The position numbers and the translations under genes are program-made. This document shows positions 8,848 to 18,545 of a DNA stretch of 32,000 nucleotides, piece after piece (position 1 is the first letter of the stretch; every line of letters starts with the position of its first letter). A model generated the notes under the pieces. The model was not told the origin of the DNA. It ran no database searches and was given only the letters and a program-made list of their open reading frames with translations. The DNA is from Parasynechococcus marenigrum WH 8102 (GTDB taxonomy: Bacteria > Cyanobacteriota > Cyanobacteriia > PCC-6307 > Cyanobiaceae), in the NCBI RefSeq assembly GCF_000195975.1, contig NC_005070.1, positions 2,340,001 to 2,372,000 on the forward strand, given 5' to 3'.

Positions 8848-8891
8848 GAAATCCACAACACGGGACACGCGCCGTCACCGGCGGCATTGGG

Positions 8892-8934
8892 AAGGTAAAA
8901 AAGGGCCCCCCACCGCTTTGGTATCAACCGGAAC
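8892..8934 (-). promoter_or_regulatory. candidate NtcA-activated promoter of urtA
   Basis: The minus strand reads GTTCCGGTTGATAC (GT-N10-AC; GTA-N8-AAC on the plus strand, 8921..8934), then 23 nt, then TACCTT (TA-N3-T -10 box, 8897..8892). This gives a 5' UTR of roughly 40 nt before ATG 8847. Confidence 0.5.
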
Positions 8935-8960
8935 CGAATCACCACCTCTCCCGCACCGAA

Positions 8961-9566
8961 TCAAGCATTCGGTAGCTGTTGCAACACAAACTCCACCACC
9001 TGAACGAGGCCATCGCCGTTTTGGAGATTGGTGAAACACCACGGGCGTTCGCCCCGCATCCGCCGGGTGTCCGCCTCCATCACAGAGAGGTCCGCACCCA
9101 CGAGAGGTGCCAGGTCGATCTTGTTGATCACCAGCAAGTCGGATCGGGTGATGCCGGGCCCGCCCTTGCGGGGAATCTTGTCTCCAGCGGCGACATCAAT
9201 CACATAGATGCAGAGGTCCACCAACTCCGGACTGAAGCTGGCAGCCAGGTTGTCGCCCCCGCTTTCCACCATCACCAGATCGAGATCCGGAAACTGCCCC
9301 TCCAGATCGGCCACCGCCGCCCGGTTGATGGAGCAGTCCTCACGGATCGCCGTGTGCGGACAGCCGCCGGTTTCCACGCCGCGGATCCGTTCCGGCTCCA
9401 ACGCTCCAGCACGCGTCAAAAATTGCGCGTCCTCCTGGGTGTAGATGTCATTGGTGACAACAGCAAGCTGCAGCTGATCGCGCAGCCTCAGGCAAAGCGC
9501 CTCCACCAAAGCAGTCTTGCCGGATCCCACCGGACCGGCCACCCCAAGACGCAACTTGCTGCTCAT
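8961..9566 (-). CDS. ureG: urease accessory GTPase UreG
   Basis: P-loop [10 protein letters not shown] and motif [13 protein letters not shown]; 201 aa. Confidence 0.95.
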
Positions 9567-10234
9567 CAGCTCCGAAACAAGCGGGAATACAACTCAGCAT
9601 GGGTGAGCTGCGCCATGCCAGCCCCAACGCCGCTGGTCCACAACTGCCGGGGATCCCGTCGTTGCAACTGCTCGGCCTGCCCTTTGATCAACGGCAGCAA
9701 ACTGTGCTGCAGCAGCTGAGCCCGGCTTGGACCCAACGGCAACAGCCGCACCGCAGCACTGAGCTGATTGGCGACCCAGCCGTAGAGGTAGCCCTCCACC
9801 ATCTCGCTCTCCGCCACCTGCAAGGCCTGCGCTGCCCATGCCCAGGCCGCCGGCCAGCTCAACGCCACCTGCTCCGGCAAGGGGTGGCCCATCTCCGCGA
9901 GGAGGTTGAGCAACGAGCCACCCATCTGTCGTTGCTGAGCCCGCAGTTCAGCCGATTCACGACTGGCCAGCAGCCAGCCATCAAGATCCAGCACCCGGCG
10001 GCAGGCCGCGGTCTCTCCTGCTGACCAGGCCGCGAGTGCACCCAGCAGCGATGGCAACGCCGCCGCCTCCAATCGGATCGCCCCCCGCGACAGCTCCGCC
10101 TCCAACCAGGCCTGCAGTTGCTGCTCATCCCGGATCGTCTCCGACTGGATCAGAACTTCCAATCCCTCCGAATAACTGAAGCCACCAACCGGCAGAGCGG
10201 GGCTCACCAGCTGCAGCAGCGCCAGCGAACTCAT
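9566..10234 (-). CDS. ureF: urease accessory protein UreF
   Basis: 222-aa Leu/Ala-rich helical protein between ureE and ureG. ATGA overlap with ureE and 1-nt overlap with ureG. Confidence 0.85.
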
Positions 10235-10683
10235 CCGTGCTGATGGCCTGCGTAGGCGCCGCCTTCGGGCCGGAACGGTCGCTGACAGCGACTGAGCTGC
10301 AGACCACGGCTTTCCAGCATCGTCGCCAACACGGCGTCCTCCAGCAGATACAGATCCTGCTCATGCAACTCGAGGGCCACATGTCGGTTGCCCAGGTGAT
10401 AAGCCGCCTGCATCAACGCCAAGGCTGATGTCGCCCGTACCCGCAACAGCGCTTCGGTGGCTGCCGTCACTTCCACCCTGGCTGTACCAGCGGCATCACT
10501 GAGCTGATCCCCTGGCTGCAGGGCCCCGTCCCTTGGCAACTGCAACAGCACCTCACGGCCACAGTCCGTGCGGCGGCGGCCACGCACAACGCTGCGTTCA
10601 TCCGCCGTGAGCGGCAACAGCAGATCAGCTTGATCAGCCCTGGCGGCAAGCCGTTGATCCAGAACAAGAACAGCCTGCGTCAC
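10231..10683 (-). CDS. ureE: urease accessory (Ni chaperone) protein UreE
   Basis: 150 aa, first gene of ureEFG, with a GTG start. The C-terminus GHQHG carries few His residues. The call rests on position and size. Confidence 0.75.
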   Translation of the reverse strand: MTQAVLVLDQRLAARADQADLLLPLTADERSVVRGRRRTDCGREVLLQLPRDGALQPGDQLSDAAGTARVEVTAATEALLRVRATSALALMQAAYHLGNRHVALELHEQDLYLLEDAVLATMLESRGLQLSRCQRPFRPEGGAYAGHQHG

Positions 10684-10733
10684 CCGTGCTTCTCGTAGGA
10701 ACTCGAGCCTGCCCAGCCGTGGGCCAGCATTTG

Positions 10734-10747
10734 GTGATGGTTGTTAC
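10734..10747. promoter_or_regulatory. GTG-N8-TAC NtcA-like site in the divergent ureE/ureD gap
   Basis: GTGATGGTTGTTAC. I found no convincing TA-N3-T box at the proper spacing on either strand, so this is weak. Confidence 0.2.
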
Positions 10748-10781
10748 CGAGCGTCATCCCACGGCGAAGGAGCGTGCCCCC

Positions 10782-11717
10782 ATGCAATCCCTTGAGCCCT
10801 GGCACGGCCGCTGCCGGCTGCAGTTCCAAACCAACAACGGCAGCACCAAACACCAGGGGGGATGCACAGCTCCGTTCAAGCTGCTGCGGGCAGACGTGGG
10901 AGATCACGGCCGCTGTGAGCTGCCCCTTCTCCACACCGCCGGCGGCCTGGTGGGAGGCGATGAGCTCAGCATTGAGCTTGACCTCGGCCCTGACAGTCGC
11001 AGCCTGATCACCAGCGTGGCGGCCCAGAAGGTCTACGGCTCCGTGGGCCGCAGCCGTCTCCATCCCGACGGAGCCTGGACCCAGCAGTCCGTGACCTGCA
11101 GGTTGGAAGACACCAGTGATCTGGAGTGGCTGCCCCAGGAACTGGTGCTCTACGCGGACGCATTGTTCCAGCAGACCCTGACGGTGAGCCTGCCGGACAA
11201 CGCCTCATTTCTCAGCGCCGAGATCGTGCGGCTAGGGCGCACCGCCGCAGGGGAGCAGTTGAACCGCGGGCGCTGGCGCTCCTGCCTTGAGATTCAGCGC
11301 GACGGGGCGCACCAGCCCCGATGGGAGCTGGTGGACCGGCTGGAACTGGGCGACACCAGCCTCAACGACCCCCACGGACTTGGTGGTGCTCCCGTGTTCG
11401 GCTCACTGGTGTGGGCAGCACCAATGCCCTTGACCGGTGAACAGATCACCCTGCTGCTGGCGGGAGCCCGCCACGACCGTGACGGCCTTGAGGGAACCAT
11501 GCGCTGCAGCAGCCTTGATCAAGGGCTGATCGCCCGCTACGCCGGCCACTCCAGCCGCGACGCCCGCTTCTGGTTCAGCCGAATCTGGGCACGAACCCGC
11601 GCCTTACGGGGACTCTCCACGCCGCGCATTCCTCGGGTCTGGCCCCTGCAGGAACAGCCGTTGACGGGACAACCGTTCACTGCGAACGCTTCACCGACCG
11701 CTGCAACGACACACTGA
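10782..11717 (+). CDS. ureD: urease accessory protein UreD
   Basis: ORF 10686..11717. I prefer ATG 10782 (MQSLEPWHGRCRLQF), which is preceded by GAAGGAG and gives 311 aa, a typical UreD size. It lies immediately upstream of ureA. Confidence 0.8.
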   Translation: MQSLEPWHGRCRLQFQTNNGSTKHQGGCTAPFKLLRADVGDHGRCELPLLHTAGGLVGGDELSIELDLGPDSRSLITSVAAQKVYGSVGRSRLHPDGAWTQQSVTCRLEDTSDLEWLPQELVLYADALFQQTLTVSLPDNASFLSAEIVRLGRTAAGEQLNRGRWRSCLEIQRDGAHQPRWELVDRLELGDTSLNDPHGLGGAPVFGSLVWAAPMPLTGEQITLLLAGARHDRDGLEGTMRCSSLDQGLIARYAGHSSRDARFWFSRIWARTRALRGLSTPRIPRVWPLQEQPLTGQPFTANASPTAATTH

Positions 11718-11735
11718 ATGGGACCAAGGCTCTCC

Positions 11736-12038
11736 ATGCATCTCAGTCCCCAGGAAAAGGACAAGCTCCTGATCGTGACCGCGGCACTGCTGGCGGAGCG
11801 GCGCTTGAATCGTGGCCTCAAGCTCAACCACCCCGAAGCGGTGGCCTGGCTCGGCTTTCTGGTGCTGGAAGGCGCCCGTGACGGCAAGAGCGTGGCGGAG
11901 CTGATGCAAGAAGGCACCACCTGGCTGCGTCAGGACCAGGTGATGGAGGGGGTGCCCGAGCTCGTCCATGAGGTGCAGATCGAGGCCGTCTTCCCCGATG
12001 GCACCAAGCTCGTCACCCTGCACGACCCGATTCGCTGA
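11736..12038 (+). CDS. ureA: urease gamma subunit UreA
   Basis: [35 protein letters not shown] is a canonical UreA N-terminus. An alternative ATG lies at 11718, directly after the ureD stop. Confidence 0.92.
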   Translation: MHLSPQEKDKLLIVTAALLAERRLNRGLKLNHPEAVAWLGFLVLEGARDGKSVAELMQEGTTWLRQDQVMEGVPELVHEVQIEAVFPDGTKLVTLHDPIR

Positions 12039-12048
12039 GGCAGAACCC

Positions 12049-12369
12049 ATGGCACCTCTCATTCCAGGCGAACTGCTTCCCGAACCGGGTGAACTGGAGC
12101 TGAATGCAGGCCGACCCGTCACCACGCTGAGTGTTGCCAACAGCGGCGACCGGCCGGTGCAGGTGGGCTCCCATTTCCACTTCGCCGAAGCCAATGCCGC
12201 CCTGCAGTTCGACCGGACCGCAGCCCGCGGTCAACGGCTCGACATCCCCGCCGGCACCGCCATCCGCTTCGAACCCGGCGACAGCCGCGACGTGAACCTG
12301 ATTCCCTTTGCCGGCAATCGTCGGGTGATCGGTTTCAACGGCCAGATCAACGGACCCCTCGACGCCTGA
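12049..12369 (+). CDS. ureB: urease beta subunit UreB
   Basis: [22 protein letters not shown]...[13 protein letters not shown]; 106 aa from the ATG at 12049 within the longer track ORF. Confidence 0.92.
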   Translation: MAPLIPGELLPEPGELELNAGRPVTTLSVANSGDRPVQVGSHFHFAEANAALQFDRTAARGQRLDIPAGTAIRFEPGDSRDVNLIPFAGNRRVIGFNGQINGPLDA

Positions 12370-12372
12370 CCC

Positions 12373-14082
12373 ATGCCCTACCGCATCTCCCGCCAGGCCT
12401 ACGCCGAGACCTACGGACCCACCACCGGCGACAGGGTTCGCCTGGCCGACACCGATCTGATCCTGGAAGTCGAGAAGGACTACACCGTCTACGGCGATGA
12501 GGTGAAGTTCGGCGGCGGCAAGGTGATTCGCGACGGCATGGGCCAATCCCAGACCCCTCGAACCGAGGGAGCCGTCGACACGGTGATCACCAATGCTCTG
12601 ATCCTCGACTGGTGGGGCATCGTCAAAGCCGATGTCGGCCTCAAGGACGGCCGGATCGTGGGCATCGGCAAAGCCGGTAACCCCGACACCCAGCAAGGGG
12701 TGACGATCGTGGTGGGTCCCGGCACAGAAGCCATCGCCGGGGAGGGCCACATCCTCACGGCCGGTGGCATCGACACCCACATCCACTTCATCTGCCCCCA
12801 GCAGATCGAAACAGCCCTAGCCAGCGGGGTCACCACCCTGATGGGCGGCGGCACTGGACCAGCCACCGGCACCAATGCCACCACCTGCACCCCTGGGGCG
12901 TTTCACATCGGCCGGATGCTCCAGGCCGCTGAAGGCCTGCCGGTGAATCTGGGCTTCTTCGGCAAAGGCAACGCCAGCACCCCGGAAGCCCTGGAGGAAC
13001 AGGTGCGCGCCGGTGCCTGCGGCCTGAAGCTGCATGAAGACTGGGGCACCACGCCGGCCACGATCGATGCCTGCCTGTCGGTGGCCGATCGGATGGATGT
13101 GCAGGTGTGCATCCACACCGACACCCTGAACGAAGCCGGCTTCGTGGAAGACACGATCGCCGCTATCAAGGGACGCACCATTCACACCTTCCACACCGAA
13201 GGTGCCGGCGGTGGTCATGCCCCGGACATCATCAAGATCTGCGGTGAGGCCAACGTGCTGCCCAGCAGCACCAACCCCACCCGGCCATATACCCGCAACA
13301 CGCTCGAGGAGCACCTCGACATGCTGATGGTGTGCCACCACCTCGACCCGAAGATCCCCGAGGACGTGGCCTTCGCCGAATCACGGATCCGGCGCGAAAC
13401 GATCGCCGCCGAAGACATCCTTCATGACCTCGGCGCCTTCTCGATCATCGCCAGCGACTCCCAGGCCATGGGCCGCGTGGGCGAGGTGATCACCCGCACC
13501 TTCCAGACCGCCCACAAGATGAAGGTGCAGCGCGGTGCATTGCCGGAAGACTCCGCACGCAACGACAACCACCGGCTGACGCGCTACATCGCCAAGGTGA
13601 CGATCAACCCGGCGTTGGCCCACGGCATCAGCAGCGAAGTGGGGTCGATCGAAACCGGCAAGCTCGCGGATCTGGTGCTGTGGAAACCGGGCTTCTTCGG
13701 CATTCGCCCGGAACTGGTGGTGAAGGGGGGTTCGATCGTGTGGGCCCAGATGGGCGATGCCAACGCCTCGATTCCCACCCCCGGCCCGGTGCACGGCAGG
13801 CCGATGTTCGGCGCCTTCGGCAAAGCCCTCGCCCCCAGTTGCCTCACCTTCGTGAGCGAAGCAGCGATGGACAACGACATCCAATCAAAACTCAGGCTTG
13901 ACCGAACCTGCATGGCGGTGAAGGAGACCCGCAGCGTGGGCAAGAGCGCCCTCAAGCTGAATGCAGCGCTACCCAAGGTGAGCGTGGACCCGCAGACCTA
14001 TGAGGTGTTCGCCGACGGTGAACTGCTCACCTGCGAGCCCGCCGAGGTGCTGCCCCTCGCCCAGCGCTATCTGTTGCTGTAA
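12373..14082 (+). CDS. ureC: urease alpha (catalytic) subunit UreC
   Basis: 569 aa with [44 protein letters not shown] and MVCHHL motifs. Confidence 0.97.
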   Translation: MPYRISRQAYAETYGPTTGDRVRLADTDLILEVEKDYTVYGDEVKFGGGKVIRDGMGQSQTPRTEGAVDTVITNALILDWWGIVKADVGLKDGRIVGIGKAGNPDTQQGVTIVVGPGTEAIAGEGHILTAGGIDTHIHFICPQQIETALASGVTTLMGGGTGPATGTNATTCTPGAFHIGRMLQAAEGLPVNLGFFGKGNASTPEALEEQVRAGACGLKLHEDWGTTPATIDACLSVADRMDVQVCIHTDTLNEAGFVEDTIAAIKGRTIHTFHTEGAGGGHAPDIIKICGEANVLPSSTNPTRPYTRNTLEEHLDMLMVCHHLDPKIPEDVAFAESRIRRETIAAEDILHDLGAFSIIASDSQAMGRVGEVITRTFQTAHKMKVQRGALPEDSARNDNHRLTRYIAKVTINPALAHGISSEVGSIETGKLADLVLWKPGFFGIRPELVVKGGSIVWAQMGDANASIPTPGPVHGRPMFGAFGKALAPSCLTFVSEAAMDNDIQSKLRLDRTCMAVKETRSVGKSALKLNAALPKVSVDPQTYEVFADGELLTCEPAEVLPLAQRYLLL

Positions 14083-14138
14083 TCACGAGGACGCCGCAAG
14101 GTGTTCTGCATCACCAATTCAATAGAAAAGTCGTATTG

Positions 14139-14181
14139 GTATCAAGATGAACAACATTCAAGAATTCATCCCCTGCATAAT
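14139..14181 (+). promoter_or_regulatory. candidate NtcA-type promoter upstream of the DUF4278 mini-gene
   Basis: GTATCAAGATGAAC (GTA-N8-AAC, 14139..14152), then 23 nt, then CATAAT (14176..14181), in an AT-rich gap downstream of ureC. Confidence 0.45.
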
Positions 14182-14285
14182 TATTTTGCAGCAACTGCTA
14201 CAGACGTTCACCTCGCCAGCCTCGGCAAGGCGCAGTTCGACTCAGGCCATGGAACGGGGACCTGAGCTTGCTTCGAGGAACCACC

Positions 14286-14453
14286 ATGACGACTCTTCTC
14301 TACAGAGGACACGCCTACCAGCAGGTCAAAGACGCTGCTCAACAGCAGGGCGTGCAACTCACCTACCGCCGCAACGTGTATCAAGCCCGCCAGGCTGATG
14401 TGCGTCAGGCCCAGGTTCAGCTCACCTATCGGGGTGTCAGCTACCTGCGCTGA
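14286..14453 (+). CDS. DUF4278-family small protein (55 aa) with three L-x-Y-R-x-x-x-Y repeats
   Basis: ATG 14286 is preceded by GAGGAA; the track ORF begins at TTG 14268. The LTYRGVSY motif is typical of DUF4278. Confidence 0.6.
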   Translation: MTTLLYRGHAYQQVKDAAQQQGVQLTYRRNVYQARQADVRQAQVQLTYRGVSYLR

Positions 14454-14464
14454 AACCCGCTTCT

Positions 14465-15139
14465 TCAGGCGACAAGCCGGTTGAGCATGGGCAATTCCAG
14501 CAGTTCATCGCGCCACTGCTGAGCCCATCGATCCTGGCTGCGTTCGTAGAGCTCCATCAGCTCCTCGACCGCACCGGAGCGGAAGTCAACGCGAAGGTCC
14601 AGCAACGGAAATGCCGCTTCGCCGCTCACCTGCAGAGCGGCGGATGTGCAGCTTGATGCGCGTTGGTCGCCACCAGCCTGCTCTCCTGCCTGCAGGGCCG
14701 TCATCAAACGACGGCCCAGTTTCCAGTTGGGATCACTGGTGAGAAACGTCTGTTCCATCGCCTCCAGCACCACTTCGCCAGCCAGGCAATTTCCCGCAAC
14801 CGAAAGGTTGGGATGGTGCCGATGACCCGCCCATCCGCCGCACTCAACTCCAGTCCAGCAAGCAGTCCGGCCATCAAGATCGATCAGATGGAACTGGCGC
14901 CAATCCCGTTGGGGGTCATCCAGCAGAAGGCTGTTCAGCACATCCTGCGCATCCGCATGATGTTCAAGACGCTCCAGTCCGCAAATTCCCAGATAAGGAT
15001 TGGTGTGGGCTTGGGTTGCAACGGCACCTACTCCAGATCGGATGTGGGGAACAGTGGAGCCCACAGCCAGGTGACAGGTCGCCACGGCAACGCCGAAACG
15101 ACCGTTGTTGGGATCACGCGCCAGGATTGAGAAGGTCAA
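14465..15139 (-). CDS. DUF1028-family Ntn-hydrolase-fold protein
   Basis: The MTFSILARDP N-terminus (Thr2 as putative nucleophile) is characteristic of DUF1028. TTG start overlaps the upstream stop by 4 nt (TTGA). Confidence 0.7.
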   Translation of the reverse strand: MTFSILARDPNNGRFGVAVATCHLAVGSTVPHIRSGVGAVATQAHTNPYLGICGLERLEHHADAQDVLNSLLLDDPQRDWRQFHLIDLDGRTACWTGVECGGWAGHRHHPNLSVAGNCLAGEVVLEAMEQTFLTSDPNWKLGRRLMTALQAGEQAGGDQRASSCTSAALQVSGEAAFPLLDLRVDFRSGAVEELMELYERSQDRWAQQWRDELLELPMLNRLVA

Positions 15140-16452
15140 GACAGCTCGCGATCCAAACGCTGCAGAGTCCCCAGCAAGACGGCAGCCCCAGCCCAGCAGT
15201 GCTCGTCACTGGTGAATTCCTTGGATGAGTGGCTAACCCCACCACGGCTGGGGACGAAAATCATTCCCATCGGCCAGCGACGTCCGATCTCCTGCGCATC
15301 GTGACTGGCACGGCTGGGAAGGTGGCTATGCGACAACCCCAGATCCTCTGCAGCAGAAACGATCGCTGCCATCACTCCATCCGCTGCAGCTGTGGGTTCC
15401 ACCTCAAATTGAGGTTCCAACTGGATCGGGCATCCGGTTTCGGCACCGATCCGCTCCAACTGCTGCATCAACTCAGCCACCAACTGATCGAGCACAACTG
15501 AATTCACATCCCGGAGGTCAACGGTCAGCGCCACTGAGCCAGGCACCACATTGGCGGCGTTGGGCCAGACCTCGAGTCGTCCGACTGTGGCAACGGGATC
15601 ACCTGGGTGCTGTCTGGCCATCGTCTCCACCGCCAGCACGATCCGGGACGCCGCCACCAAAGCGTCTTGCCGCAGCTTCATCGGCGTGGTGCCGGCGTGG
15701 TTCGGCTGACCATCCACCTGGATGCTGAAACGGCGTTGTCCCACAACGCCCTCCACCACACCGATGGCGTCACCGCGTTGCTCGAGCACGCCTCCCTGTT
15801 CCACATGGAGCTCGAGAAAAGCAGCACAGGCGTCGTCCGCCCGACGTGCTGAGACCAGCGATGGCCAGTGACCACCGATACGAGCGAGATTGTCCTCGAT
15901 CGGTTCCCGATTGCTGGTGGCATAGGCCTTGGGGTCACAGGAAGCCGTACCGGCCATGCCCTTGCACCCGACCATCGTCGATTCCTCATCGGCGAAGGCG
16001 ATCAACTCGAGATCGTGCTGAAGACGAATGCTGTTGTCCTGCAGGGAGCGACAAACTTCAAGACCTGCCAAAACCCCCAACACACCGTCAAAACGACCAC
16101 CGGTGGGAACGGTGTCGAGGTGGGAACCGGTCATCAGTGCTGGGCGATCCGGATCCAACCCCTGAAGCCGACCGATCAGGTTGCCCGCCGTATCGATCCG
16201 AACCTGAAGGCCAGCCTCGTTCATCCATCGGGCCAGCAAGGAACGTCCCGCAACGTCCTCAGTCGAGAAACCCCGTCGACAGACGCTGCCATCGGGCTGC
16301 AGCCCAATGGCAGCCATTTCAGCCAAGGAGTGCATCAGACGCTCACGGTTGGGTCGAATGCCCACCTGTGCTTTCGACCGAGCAGTGACCTGGCGAGTGG
16401 TCAGGAGGGACGGCAATGCAGTGGCCTTCAGATCAAAAGATCGAATCACCAT
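15136..16452 (-). CDS. M20-family Zn amidohydrolase of the allantoate amidohydrolase / N-carbamoyl-L-amino-acid hydrolase / beta-ureidopropionase group
   Basis: GSHLDTVPTGGRFDGVLGV, FADEES, ELHVEQG, HAGTTPM and PSRGGVSHS motifs; 438 aa. Confidence 0.85.
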   Translation of the reverse strand: MVIRSFDLKATALPSLLTTRQVTARSKAQVGIRPNRERLMHSLAEMAAIGLQPDGSVCRRGFSTEDVAGRSLLARWMNEAGLQVRIDTAGNLIGRLQGLDPDRPALMTGSHLDTVPTGGRFDGVLGVLAGLEVCRSLQDNSIRLQHDLELIAFADEESTMVGCKGMAGTASCDPKAYATSNREPIEDNLARIGGHWPSLVSARRADDACAAFLELHVEQGGVLEQRGDAIGVVEGVVGQRRFSIQVDGQPNHAGTTPMKLRQDALVAASRIVLAVETMARQHPGDPVATVGRLEVWPNAANVVPGSVALTVDLRDVNSVVLDQLVAELMQQLERIGAETGCPIQLEPQFEVEPTAAADGVMAAIVSAAEDLGLSHSHLPSRASHDAQEIGRRWPMGMIFVPSRGGVSHSSKEFTSDEHCWAGAAVLLGTLQRLDRELS

Positions 16453-16511
16453 CGCCGCAGCGACCCAAACGCCCTGTCGTCAATGCGACGTTTTAACCCT
16501 CACCAAAGAAT

Positions 16512-18536
16512 TCAAACGGGCATCAGCACCCGCCACCCGAGGCGATCGGCCTGCTCACGAGCCTGGGCTGGCACATCGGCCGCTACAAACATCCGATGCA
16601 GCATCTGGACACCCAGGAGGTGGTTGATGACGGCATCCATCTGAACCCGCTCGGCGTCGGTGGTGGCAGGGTCGTCGTGGCGCGCAAACAAGGCACGCAC
16701 GCCCTCTTTGCTCAACAACCCAGCCGCATCAATCGCTTCATCACTCAGGTAGTCATCAGCCAACTGCTTCATTTGCGCCCACTTCTCGGGCTCGGTGTGG
16801 GCCGGGGGCGCCATGAAGGCAAATTTTTCGCGCTTGTAAAGCACCTCCGGCAGCAGACCCGCCATGGCCTCCCGCAGCACATATTTCTCAGTTTTTCCCT
16901 TGATCCGCAGCTCCGGAGGCACTTGTACCGCCGCAGCCGCCAGATGGTGATCCAGGAAAGCCGGCCGTGCCTCCATGGAGTTGGCCATGTCGACGCGATC
17001 ACCTCCCCAGGTGAGGATCTGGCCTTCCAACATTGTTTTGATCCAGACGTACTGAGCCTTGTCGAGGGCATGGCGACCATCGAGTTGCTGGGGATTCAAC
17101 TGCTCAGCAATGGCTTTACCTGGCGAGTACTCCACCAACGCCTGACGGTGCTCGTCAGCCAGCAGATCCGGCACCAGCGGCGCGCAGGCCAGCCAGGGCT
17201 GCAGACAGCTGGGGGTGAAGCCCACCACGGCATCAAGATCGGGATCATCCACCTGATCAGCCGCCAGCATTGCTCCCTGCACCAGGGAATTGTTGGTCTG
17301 CAGCAGAGACTCCCAATCCTGGCGATCGCTCTGCGGCAGGTCCTCCAGACCATGGAGGAACATGTCACGCCGGAACGCGGGATAGCCACCGAACAGCTCG
17401 TCTGACCCTTCCCCAGTCATCACGACTTTGTAGTCGACACTATTGACATGGCGACTCATTAAGTATTTGGCCACAGCCAAGGTGTTGTAGATCGTGCGCT
17501 CGGTATGCCAGAGCGTTTGTTCCATGTGGCCGTACAACTCACGACCCGACAGACGCATGACGTCCTGCTCGGCACCGGTGGCCTCCGCCATCTCCGCAGC
17601 AATGGGTGTTTCGTCGTAGCGCGCATCATCGAATCCGATCGTGAACGCCTTGACGGGACCCTGACTCACCGCCGAAGCAAGACCGAGGATCGAACAACTG
17701 TCGATTCCGCCTGAGAGATAACAACCCACGGGCACGTCGGCCACCATCCGCATCTCCACCGCTTCCAGCAGAGCAGCACGAACATTGGCGATGTGATCAG
17801 CCTCCGTGAGGGTGCTGTCCCGCTGATCCAAACGTGGAAAATCGACATCCCAGTAGGTCGACTCCGACACCTCCAGCCGGTCACTCCTGCGCTGCACCTT
17901 CAGCACATGACCAGGCTGAACTTGGTGCACCCCGGCGAAGGCGGTCGTTCCCGGGACCATGGTCTGCATCAACTGATGAAAGAGACCCTCCGACGTGAAG
18001 CGTCGCTCCACGGCCTGGTGAGCAAACAGCACCTTCAACTCGGAGCCGAACACCAACCCCTCCGGCGTCATCGTCCAGTACTGGGGCTTGATGCCGAAGC
18101 GATCCCTCACCAGATAGAGACAGTCATCCGCCGCATCAAACAGAGCAAAGGCGAATTCCCCCCGCAGCAGAGGCAACGTGGACTCGAGACCCTGCCGTTG
18201 ATACAGGCGCAACAAAATCTCGGAATCACTCTTCGAGGAGAAACGCACTCCCTGGGCGGTGAGATCAGCACGGATGCGCTGAAAGTCGTAGAACTCGCCG
18301 TTGTGCGCCATCAGCACCTGCCGGTCGTTGCTGAGAAACGGCTGACGTGCCCGGGATTCGTTCAGATCAATAATCGACAACCGGGCATGACAGAAGCCGA
18401 CACCGGCTGCGTCGAGGCATTCCACACCGAAACCATCCGGTCCGCGATGGGACTGGATGGCCGCCATGTTGACCAACAGCTGGCGATCCAACGTCTGATG
18501 ACGATCCGCCAGAAACACACCTCCGATTCCGCACAT
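16512..18536 (-). CDS. asparagine synthetase B-type glutamine-dependent amidotransferase (long, 674 aa)
   Basis: N-terminal MCGIGGVF (Cys2 Ntn glutaminase) and PP-loop SGGIDSC. It starts 9 nt after the upstream transcarbamylase gene. Confidence 0.85.
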   Translation of the reverse strand: MCGIGGVFLADRHQTLDRQLLVNMAAIQSHRGPDGFGVECLDAAGVGFCHARLSIIDLNESRARQPFLSNDRQVLMAHNGEFYDFQRIRADLTAQGVRFSSKSDSEILLRLYQRQGLESTLPLLRGEFAFALFDAADDCLYLVRDRFGIKPQYWTMTPEGLVFGSELKVLFAHQAVERRFTSEGLFHQLMQTMVPGTTAFAGVHQVQPGHVLKVQRRSDRLEVSESTYWDVDFPRLDQRDSTLTEADHIANVRAALLEAVEMRMVADVPVGCYLSGGIDSCSILGLASAVSQGPVKAFTIGFDDARYDETPIAAEMAEATGAEQDVMRLSGRELYGHMEQTLWHTERTIYNTLAVAKYLMSRHVNSVDYKVVMTGEGSDELFGGYPAFRRDMFLHGLEDLPQSDRQDWESLLQTNNSLVQGAMLAADQVDDPDLDAVVGFTPSCLQPWLACAPLVPDLLADEHRQALVEYSPGKAIAEQLNPQQLDGRHALDKAQYVWIKTMLEGQILTWGGDRVDMANSMEARPAFLDHHLAAAAVQVPPELRIKGKTEKYVLREAMAGLLPEVLYKREKFAFMAPPAHTEPEKWAQMKQLADDYLSDEAIDAAGLLSKEGVRALFARHDDPATTDAERVQMDAVINHLLGVQMLHRMFVAADVPAQAREQADRLGWRVLMPV

Positions 18537-18545
18537 CAGTTCGCC

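Noticed and set aside
7537-8898. 453-aa plus-strand ORF antisense to urtA. Similar long antisense ORFs lie at 3741..4451(+), 5332..6036(+), 12013..12786(-), 15868..16644(+), 16596..17405(+), 17793..18839(+), 20668..21462(+) and 28110..29045(-).
   Set aside because: These are shadow ORFs typical of high-GC DNA. Their products are low-complexity (R/G/H/P/Q-rich) with no recognisable motifs, and the opposite strand encodes clearly recognisable proteins.
8956-8972. Hairpin CCGAAT-CAAGC-ATTCGG at the ureG stop, and the direct repeat ACCGAATCA, as a ureG terminator.
   Set aside because: The stem is short at 6 bp and no U-tract follows on the minus strand. The region is better explained as part of the urtA promoter gap.
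14147-14398. 83-aa ORF overlapping the DUF4278 gene in another frame.
   Set aside because: It begins inside the predicted promoter and leader and has no recognisable motifs. The DUF4278 frame has a Shine-Dalgarno sequence, an ATG and family motifs.
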